Assembly: GCA_963787255.1 (NCBI GenBank)
Contig: CAWBCJ010000004.1
Coordinates: forward strand, 1 to 14,369
From: Methanobacteriota archaeon
Lineage (GTDB): Archaea; Methanobacteriota; Methanobacteria; Methanobacteriales; Methanobacteriaceae
Length of the DNA stretch: 14,369 nt
Direction: 5' to 3'
In this document: positions 7,737-14,369 of the stretch, one piece after another
Numbering within the stretch: position 1 is the first letter of the stretch
Layout of the letters: each line of letters begins with the position of its first letter
Notes under the pieces: generated by a model
What the model was told of the DNA's origin: nothing
What the model saw: the letters and a program-made list of their open reading frames with translations, nothing else
Databases searched by the model: none
Made by a program: the position numbers and the translations under genes

Positions 7737-9290
7737 ATGAAGACAATTAAAGAGATTAACCAGAAAATCAAGGATGGAGATGCTATTGTTTTAACTGCTG
7801 CAGAGATGACACAGTATGTTGAAGAAAATGGACTTAAAAAAGCAGCAGAGGAAGTAGATGTTGTAACAACTGGAACATTTGGTGCTATGTGTTCTTCAGG
7901 TGCATTTTTAAATTTCGGTCATTCCGATCCTCCAATAAAAATGAACAAAACCTTCCTAAACAATGTTGAAGCATACTCTGGCCTTGCTGCAGTGGATGCA
8001 TATATAGGAGCCACCCAATTAAACAAAAACCCACAAATAGGCATGGATTATGGTGGTGCTCATCTAATTGAAGACCTTATCCACGGGAAAGAAATTGAAT
8101 TAGTAGTAGAATCTTACGGAACTGATTGTTATCCCGCTAAGGAAATAGAGACTATTATTGATATTGATAGTTTAAATCATGCCACCATGATAAACCCGCG
8201 AAACTGTTATCAAAATTATGCTGTTGCCACCAATTCAACTGATGAAACTCTTTACACTTATATGGGAACACTTCTTCCTAATTTTGGAAATGTAAGCTAC
8301 TCAAGCGCAGGACAACTAAGCCCTCTTCTAAATGATCCCTACTTCCAAACAATAGGTCTAGGAACAAGAATATTCCTTTGCGGAGGCGAAGGATACATCA
8401 TAGGCGAAGGAACACAACATTCCACCGAAGTTGAACGACGAAATGGAGTGCCTGTAGGTCCTGCAGGGACCTTAATGCTCATGGGCGACATGAAAAAAAT
8501 GAACAGTGAATTCGTTAGAGGTGCCACTATGCAAAAATATGGCCCAACACTTTATGTTGGAGCGGGAATACCCATTCCAATTTTAAATGAAGAAATAGCT
8601 AAACGAACCGCGATAAGTGATGAAGATATAACTTGTCGAATTTTTGATTATGGAGTACCACGACGAAGCCGTCCTGTTTTAAAAGAAACCAATTATAAAG
8701 AATTAAAAACTGGAAAAATCGAAATTAACGGCATTGAAATAAAAACATCACCACTTTCCTCTTATAAGAAAGCCGAAGAAGTGGCAAATGAACTTAAAAG
8801 CTGGATAAACCAGGGAAAATTCTTCCTTACAGAACCGGTTAATCATATACCTTCTAAAGGTTACACCGTTAATCCTCTTGAAATTAAGAAACCCTTTGTC
8901 CTAGTAAAAGACATTGAAAGCAAACCCGTTATAATTTCTTACCCCACCGATGAAATAAGAGACGTTGCTAAAAAACTAGTAGAAAATCAGATAAACCATC
9001 TACCCGTTGTAGATAATGAAGGTAAACTTATGGGTATTGTAACCTCATGGGACATAGCCAATGCTATTGCCAAAGGTAGAGTGAAATTAAAAGACGTTAT
9101 GACCAAAAAGGTGGTAATCGCAAGAGAAGATGAACCTGTAGACGTTATAGCTCGAAGAATTGATAAATACGAAATTTCTGGACTGCCTATTGTTGATAAG
9201 GATAATAAAGTGAAAGGAATGATTACAGCAGAAGATATTTCACGTTTAATCGGTGAAAATACAAAAAATAATGATGAGGTGTCTGTATGA
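7737..9290 (+). CDS. L-aspartate semialdehyde sulfurtransferase (DUF39 + tandem CBS; MA1821/MJ0100 family), homocysteine biosynthesis
   Basis: [35 protein letters not shown] and [10 protein letters not shown] motifs; C-terminal CBS pair (HLPVVD..GIVTSWD; GLPIVD..GMITAED). Confidence 0.95.
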   Translation: MKTIKEINQKIKDGDAIVLTAAEMTQYVEENGLKKAAEEVDVVTTGTFGAMCSSGAFLNFGHSDPPIKMNKTFLNNVEAYSGLAAVDAYIGATQLNKNPQIGMDYGGAHLIEDLIHGKEIELVVESYGTDCYPAKEIETIIDIDSLNHATMINPRNCYQNYAVATNSTDETLYTYMGTLLPNFGNVSYSSAGQLSPLLNDPYFQTIGLGTRIFLCGGEGYIIGEGTQHSTEVERRNGVPVGPAGTLMLMGDMKKMNSEFVRGATMQKYGPTLYVGAGIPIPILNEEIAKRTAISDEDITCRIFDYGVPRRSRPVLKETNYKELKTGKIEINGIEIKTSPLSSYKKAEEVANELKSWINQGKFFLTEPVNHIPSKGYTVNPLEIKKPFVLVKDIESKPVIISYPTDEIRDVAKKLVENQINHLPVVDNEGKLMGIVTSWDIANAIAKGRVKLKDVMTKKVVIAREDEPVDVIARRIDKYEISGLPIVDKDNKVKGMITAEDISRLIGENTKNNDEVSV

Positions 9291-9673
9291 GAGCATGGTT
9301 AAAGTTTTCACCAGATATAGTCAATAAATCAATAATTTCAGATGCAATGAAAAGATATAATATCACATTTAACATATTAAGGGCAGATATAACTCCAAAG
9401 GGTGGTAAAGCCCTCATCGAACTTGAAGGTGAGGAAGTAGATAAAGGTATTAAATATATGGAAAGTCAGGGAATACAGGTAAATTCAATCAAAAAAGTCT
9501 TAAAAAGAGATGAAGAAAAATGTGTAGATTGTGGTGCATGTGTTTCATTATGTCCAGTTAAAGCAATTTGCATCAAAGAAGACTGGAGCATTGGAATAGA
9601 CAATGAATTATGTATTGGCTGCGGATTCTGCACTGTATCTTGCCCTATGAAAGCCATAACCATTATGGAATAA
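9287..9673 (+). CDS. NIL-domain 2x[4Fe-4S] ferredoxin (MA1822/MJ0099 family partner)
   Basis: FNILRA in the N-terminal domain; [12 protein letters not shown] and [12 protein letters not shown]; ATGA overlap with the upstream gene. Confidence 0.93.
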   Translation: MRAWLKFSPDIVNKSIISDAMKRYNITFNILRADITPKGGKALIELEGEEVDKGIKYMESQGIQVNSIKKVLKRDEEKCVDCGACVSLCPVKAICIKEDWSIGIDNELCIGCGFCTVSCPMKAITIME

Positions 9674-9698
9674 AAAAAACAACCCTTTCCCCTTTTTT

Positions 9699-10076
9699 TT
9701 AGGTTTCTTTTAATTCTGGCATCTTCTCAAACTGGTTATTATCAAGAATCCAGATATAGTCATCCATTTTTTTGCTTAAAACATAATATAACAAATATAT
9801 ATCCAAATGAACATTTGCTAAATAGAATTTAGCTTTCTCTACGTCTTTTAGTATATCATTTATTTCTTTTAGGGCATCTACATGAAATCCATTAATCTGT
9901 ACATATTCCACGTTTTTAAATGATGTTTCAGGGATTTTTTCGAAGCTGTGCTGGTATAAAATGACACATTTGCTACAATTACTTTCAATAATAGCTTTTA
10001 AGGCTATACTTTCATCATGAGCGGTTGTTACGAGGATACAATCATCCATATCTTCAAATGAGCGTTTTAAATCCAT
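9699..10076 (-). CDS. Hypothetical alpha/beta protein, possibly a degenerate CARF/Csa3-N-like Rossmann fold
   Basis: 125-aa ORF starting 12 nt after the response regulator stop, with an AGGTG RBS. The fold guess rests only on the hydrophobic strand/helix pattern. Confidence 0.65.
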   Translation of the reverse strand: MDLKRSFEDMDDCILVTTAHDESIALKAIIESNCSKCVILYQHSFEKIPETSFKNVEYVQINGFHVDALKEINDILKDVEKAKFYLANVHLDIYLLYYVLSKKMDDYIWILDNNQFEKMPELKET

Positions 10077-10088
10077 TTTTATTGCACC

Positions 10089-10544
10089 TTAAACAGGGAT
10101 TTTACGAGGTAATTGGGAAATATTAAACCAGAAATCACTAATACCTTTAATGTACCTGTTGAATTCATCAATATCTAACGGCTTAATAAATACAGAATTA
10201 GCCTGGAGTCTATAAGCATTATTAATAATTTCGGAGTCATTAGAAACAGTTACAATAATTACAGGGATGAGTTTAAGTTTTTCATCGTTTTTTATTTCTT
10301 TTAATACTTCAAAACCGTCTTTACGCGGTAAACCTAAATCAAGAAGTATTAAATCTGGGCGAGGCACATCTTCATACTTGTTTTCTTGTTTTAGGAATTT
10401 TAGGGCTTCAACACCATCATGAACTATGTATAAATTCTTTTTTAATCCTATTTCTTTCAATGCTTCTTCAACTAACCTAATATCAGAAGGGTTATCTTCT
10501 ACCAGTAGTATATTCTGTTTGATTATGCTGTTGGTTCTATCCAT
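10089..10544 (-). CDS. Single-domain response regulator, Rcp1/RcpA-like
   Basis: ILLVEDN, PDLILLDLGLPRKDG (phospho-acceptor Asp), KP, and the C-terminal FWF typical of phytochrome-type Rcp receivers. Confidence 0.95.
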   Translation of the reverse strand: MDRTNSIIKQNILLVEDNPSDIRLVEEALKEIGLKKNLYIVHDGVEALKFLKQENKYEDVPRPDLILLDLGLPRKDGFEVLKEIKNDEKLKLIPVIIVTVSNDSEIINNAYRLQANSVFIKPLDIDEFNRYIKGISDFWFNISQLPRKIPV

Positions 10545-10647
10545 TTTATATATCGCCTTTTTTTAAAAAAACAATTATACAATGTTACTATTTTTGGATA
10601 TAATACTATTTAATCATGTTTACTAATAAATAACAAATAATTAATAC

Positions 10648-10674
10648 AAAAAAAAGAAGTGTAAAAAAAAAAAA
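10648..10674 (-). terminator. Oligo-T tracts after the histidine kinase
   Basis: T12 and T8 runs on the minus strand within ~35-65 nt of the kinase stop. Confidence 0.5.
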
Positions 10675-10710
10675 TAAACTAAAGCAATTTAACCATACAA
10701 TATAACTGTT

Positions 10711-12972
10711 TTATTTCCTCATTGAATCAGTAGATATAGTAAAATAAAAAGTAGAACCCACACCAAACGAGGATTCAACCCAAATATGACCACCATGCCC
10801 TTCCACAATTCTTTTAATGATTGACAATCCAATACCTGTTCCTTTATAAACATCCCTCGTATGTAAACGCTGGAATATAGTAAAAATACGCTCAAAATAT
10901 TGCTCTTCTATCCCAATACCATTATCAGAAACACTAAATACATATTCTTTTCCATCTTCAGACTTATAAGCAGATATATTGATTTTAAGCGGTTCTTCAC
11001 ATTTTCTAAACTTAATAGCATTTGAAATCAGGTTTAAGAACACCCTTTGCAGTTGCCCAGCATCTCCTATCACATTGGGAAGCTCATCATATGTAATTTC
11101 AGCATCAGACTCCATAATTACAGTATGCAAACTTTTAATGATTTTATTTAATACCTCATTAGTATTCACAAGCCCAAATTCTTCCCCCTTAGTTGCAACA
11201 CGTGAATAATCAAGTAAATCTTGAATTTGCTGTTTCATACGAATAGATGCCTCTACAATATAACCCATAAACTCATCAGCATCACTATCCAACTGCCCCC
11301 CATAACGCCTTTCCATAAGTTGAGTAAAACTGGCAATAGTACGTAACGGCTCCTGCAAATCATGACTAGAAACATAAGCAAACTGCCTTAATTCCTTATT
11401 TGAACGTTCTAATTCATTTATCGCTTCTTTCAATTGTTCTTCTGTTTTCTTACGCTCGGTAATATCACGATCTAAAATAAGTATAGACTCAATTTCACCA
11501 TTAGCATTAAATTCAGGTATTGCAGTAGTTTCTACGAATCTTAAGCCATTAATAGTGGAAAATTCAAATTCATAGTGTTGTATTTCACCAGTTTCAATTG
11601 CTTTTAAATTATGTTCCCTCCACAATGTAGCATATTCCTCTGGAATGCCTGCCTCCTCATAAGTCTTACCAACATAATATTCAGGCGACTGTCCAGTCAT
11701 TTCAGTTATAACCGAATTAACATAAACATATCTCAAATCTCTATCCAACCTGATAATTAGATCAGGAGAATTCTCCGCAAGCGTTCTAAAACTTTCTCTA
11801 CTTCTATGAATTCCCTCTTCAGCTTCTTTACGCTCTGTAACATCATTCAATATTAACACAACAGAAACAGAACCATCAATATTGATTATAGGAGTAGCTA
11901 ATGCCTCATACGTCTTATCCAATCTAGAGGAATATTGCTCCCATTCAATTGTATCCCCTTGAAACGCTTGCTGAATTTTGCATTTCTGGCAGATTTCAGA
12001 CCTACCATAAAAGTACTCATAACATTTACATCCTTTTAAGACCCCAAAATCCCTTTCCATCGCAGGATTAATGAATTCAACCTCATAATCATTATTTACC
12101 ACATATATCCTATTCTTTGTTTTGTTTAAAATATCATTTAATTTATTTTTTTCAATTTGAAGCTCTACTGTACGTTTTTCAACCAGTTCTTCAAGATTAT
12201 CGCGCACACGCCTTAATTGTCCTTCTATTTGCTTGCGTTTAGTAATGTCAGTGAACATAGCAAAAGAACCTGCAAATTCACCCTCAGCATCTTTTTTAGG
12301 AGTAGCAGACACTAAAGCCCAACAAACACTCCCATCCTTGTGTTTTAATCGGAGCTCATAATCCCCATAAACACCTTCTCGTCTCTGCATAACACGTTCT
12401 ACATGTCCATTTAGATCTTCCTCAAATAGAAAATCAGACATCGACAGGCCAACCATTTCTTCAACACTATATCCCAGCATTGCCGCCATAGCAGGATTAA
12501 CATGCACAGTCATATAATGCTCATCAAATTCCCATATTCCCTCATTAGCAGTCTCTACAATTCTACGATACCTTTCTTCGCTTTCAGCTAATTTTTTATC
12601 AAGAGGATGTTTATAAAGCGCCGTTTCTATAGCACCGATTAATCCTTCATGGTTAACAGGTTTAGTAAGAAATCCATAAGGTCTGGTTAATTTAGCCCTT
12701 TCAAAAATTCCCCCATCAGAAAAAGCAGTTAAATAAATAACAGGAATATTAAAAAGAGTTTGGATCTTATCCGCAGCCTCAACACCGTCTATTTCTCCTT
12801 CAAGCACTATGTCCATCAGTACCAAGTCAGGTTTTAATTCTTCAGCCTTTTGAATGGCTTCTTCACCATTGGAAACAATTGCAACGACATCAAAACCATT
12901 ACTTTCTAATGTTCTTTGAATGTCCATTGCAGTAATAGCTTCATCCTCAACAACCAATATTTTAATCTGCAT
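10711..12972 (-). CDS. Cytoplasmic hybrid histidine kinase, REC-PAS-PAS-PAS-HisKA-HATPase (Cph1-like kinase core)
   Basis: KILVVEDE/PDLVLMD receiver; three PAS-PAC blocks ending DITKRK, DVTERK and DITERK; SHDLQEPLR H-box, NLISNAIKF, DNGIGI, FQRLH, GTGIGL. The real start is likely ATG 12972 (MQIKIL), not 13131. Confidence 0.95.
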   Translation of the reverse strand: MQIKILVVEDEAITAMDIQRTLESNGFDVVAIVSNGEEAIQKAEELKPDLVLMDIVLEGEIDGVEAADKIQTLFNIPVIYLTAFSDGGIFERAKLTRPYGFLTKPVNHEGLIGAIETALYKHPLDKKLAESEERYRRIVETANEGIWEFDEHYMTVHVNPAMAAMLGYSVEEMVGLSMSDFLFEEDLNGHVERVMQRREGVYGDYELRLKHKDGSVCWALVSATPKKDAEGEFAGSFAMFTDITKRKQIEGQLRRVRDNLEELVEKRTVELQIEKNKLNDILNKTKNRIYVVNNDYEVEFINPAMERDFGVLKGCKCYEYFYGRSEICQKCKIQQAFQGDTIEWEQYSSRLDKTYEALATPIINIDGSVSVVLILNDVTERKEAEEGIHRSRESFRTLAENSPDLIIRLDRDLRYVYVNSVITEMTGQSPEYYVGKTYEEAGIPEEYATLWREHNLKAIETGEIQHYEFEFSTINGLRFVETTAIPEFNANGEIESILILDRDITERKKTEEQLKEAINELERSNKELRQFAYVSSHDLQEPLRTIASFTQLMERRYGGQLDSDADEFMGYIVEASIRMKQQIQDLLDYSRVATKGEEFGLVNTNEVLNKIIKSLHTVIMESDAEITYDELPNVIGDAGQLQRVFLNLISNAIKFRKCEEPLKINISAYKSEDGKEYVFSVSDNGIGIEEQYFERIFTIFQRLHTRDVYKGTGIGLSIIKRIVEGHGGHIWVESSFGVGSTFYFTISTDSMRK

Positions 12973-13260
12973 TCTAAACCCTTCAAAAAGAATATGATAG
13001 TAGATTGTAACGAACATATTATAATACTTTACTTTTTCAGATGCTCTTGCACTAAAACCATTAAATACAACAGCACTTAGATTACCGGTGTTAAAAATGA
13101 ACATGACAGATGCAAGGGTACGTAAATGCATAGAATGTGTCCATTTTAATTGATAAGAAGATGCGAAGATGCAGAATTGAACACGAGAAATACATTATAA
13201 TGTTAGAAAAACAATTCCTTATTTAAATGATTTAATTTTTATGATTACCACTTAATTCTT

Positions 13261-13408
13261 TTTAATCCCTGAAACTTCAAGGGTCGGTTATTTAATCATA
13301 ATTAAACTTATTGCGTAAATTAAAATCCCACATATAACCACACTGAATAAAACAAATATTTTTAACTGTTTATCACTCATCACGATATCATTTAACCCCT
13401 GGAACTTC
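13261..13408. repeat. Pair of imperfect 18-bp direct repeats in the long intergenic region
   Basis: TTTAATCCCTGAAACTTC (13261-13278) and TTTAACCCCTGGAACTTC (13391-13408), 16/18 identical. Confidence 0.55.
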
Positions 13409-13833
13409 TGTAAGCGCCTTTAAATTCATTATTATGGGTCCTATTAATATATTTTTCAAGTTTAGTCTTTTTTGGAGCTGTTAATTTGAATTTTTCAGTA
13501 TGTTTTTTTTATTGAATTTAGGTTAAACAGATTATTTTCCATGAGACCACATTAAAATATGCCCCGATTGATTTAATAATATTTTCAATGGATAACCAAC
13601 ATTATTACTATACTCCTATGAAACAGTTCATCAATTAGAAGATAAGCTAATGTAATTAAAATAATATTGGATTTTCATACAAAAAAAATGGACAAGATGA
13701 AGTTAAGAAAAAGTTATAGATATAATACGCTACTAATATTTCCATAATTTATGAAAAAAAATCATTGAAAAATAGTATAAATAACTTTTTTACGAGCGAG
13801 GGAGATAGCGAAAGTAAAACTGAAAAAAGGTTT

Positions 13834-14037
13834 TTATAACCTTTTAACAGCTAATTCAATGTCTGATGCTTTTACAGTTTTTCTTCCGGTGTGTTTTGCA
13901 AGTTTAACGGATTCTGTAGCTATCATTTCGCCTTGTTCTTCTAAAAATTTTGTTAAAGATTCTTTTGCATCTTCACTTACTCTTTTGGCACCTGCATTTT
14001 TTATTATTCTTCCAACTGGAGCAATTGGTAATTCCAT
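13834..14037 (-). CDS. Archaeal histone (HMfA/HMfB family)
   Basis: [20 protein letters not shown]...[19 protein letters not shown]; GAGGTGA RBS. Confidence 0.98.
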   Translation of the reverse strand: MELPIAPVGRIIKNAGAKRVSEDAKESLTKFLEEQGEMIATESVKLAKHTGRKTVKASDIELAVKRL

Positions 14038-14105
14038 ATTTAATCACCTCATTTTTATAGTAATACTTATTTATATTTTAGTAATATAATCTCTATAGAT
14101 AATCC

Positions 14106-14126
14106 CATATATATTTATCTTTTTTT
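14106..14126 (-). promoter_or_regulatory. Putative BRE/TATA promoter of the histone gene
   Basis: Minus-strand AAAAAAAGATAAATATATATG about 70-90 nt upstream of the start. Confidence 0.5.
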
Positions 14127-14369
14127 ACTGTGATTATTTGGAAAATTATATGATTTTTGGTCATTTTAAGTCAATCCATATGATTTTTACAGTGTCACAA
14201 AGAAAATTAAAAGAAAAAAATAGCTAAATAAAAAAAAAGCTATGATGAAAAACACTCCCTTCAAAAAGAAATGATCAAGTTAAAACTATAAGTAAAACTC
14301 ATTTTGAAAAACTCGGTTACATGATCAAAATCACCAATAGAATGAAAGGAAGCTTTAAAGATCAAGTAA

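Noticed and set aside
5977-11209. Short ORFs 5977..6165, 6705..6893, 8339..8527, 9223..9417, 9466..9663 and 10979..11209
   Set aside because: All overlap confidently identified genes on the opposite strand and show no motifs
12973-13131. 53-aa N-terminal extension of the histidine kinase
   Set aside because: The receiver domain begins at MQIKIL (12972) after a purine-rich GAAGGG; the extension has no domain-like features
13859-14089. 76-aa + strand ORF
   Set aside because: Antisense to the histone gene
14242-14290. Possible C/D-box sRNA starting at ATGATGA
   Set aside because: No CTGA D or D' box at suitable spacing
1-14369. CRISPR array, tRNA/rRNA, transposase or integrase
   Set aside because: No regularly spaced repeats, GC-rich structured RNA or recombinase motifs were seen by eye

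Overview
AT-rich archaeal chromosomal DNA, most likely from a Methanobacterium-like methanogen (archaeal HMf-type histone, GGTGA/GGAGG-type RBSs, BRE/TATA promoters, oligo-T terminators, methanogen homocysteine pathway). The left ~5.2 kb looks accessory. It holds the 5' end of an SdhA/FrdA-like flavoprotein, four paralogous 10-cysteine small proteins (DUF2769-like; three in tandem directly before a hemerythrin/HHE gene), two exported surface proteins and a stop-interrupted ORF. The middle looks core: an AMMECR1-family gene and tldD, divergent from the aspartate-semialdehyde sulfurtransferase (DUF39+CBS) / NIL-ferredoxin pair. The right part has a REC-3xPAS histidine kinase, an Rcp-type response regulator, a small protein with a possible degenerate CARF-like fold, and a histone. 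The best candidates for undescribed biology are the Cys10 array plus hemerythrin, and the kinase (Cys-rich PAS)/regulator/CARF-like module. All family calls come from motif recognition by eye, not from database searches. No rRNA, tRNA, CRISPR array or transposase was seen.
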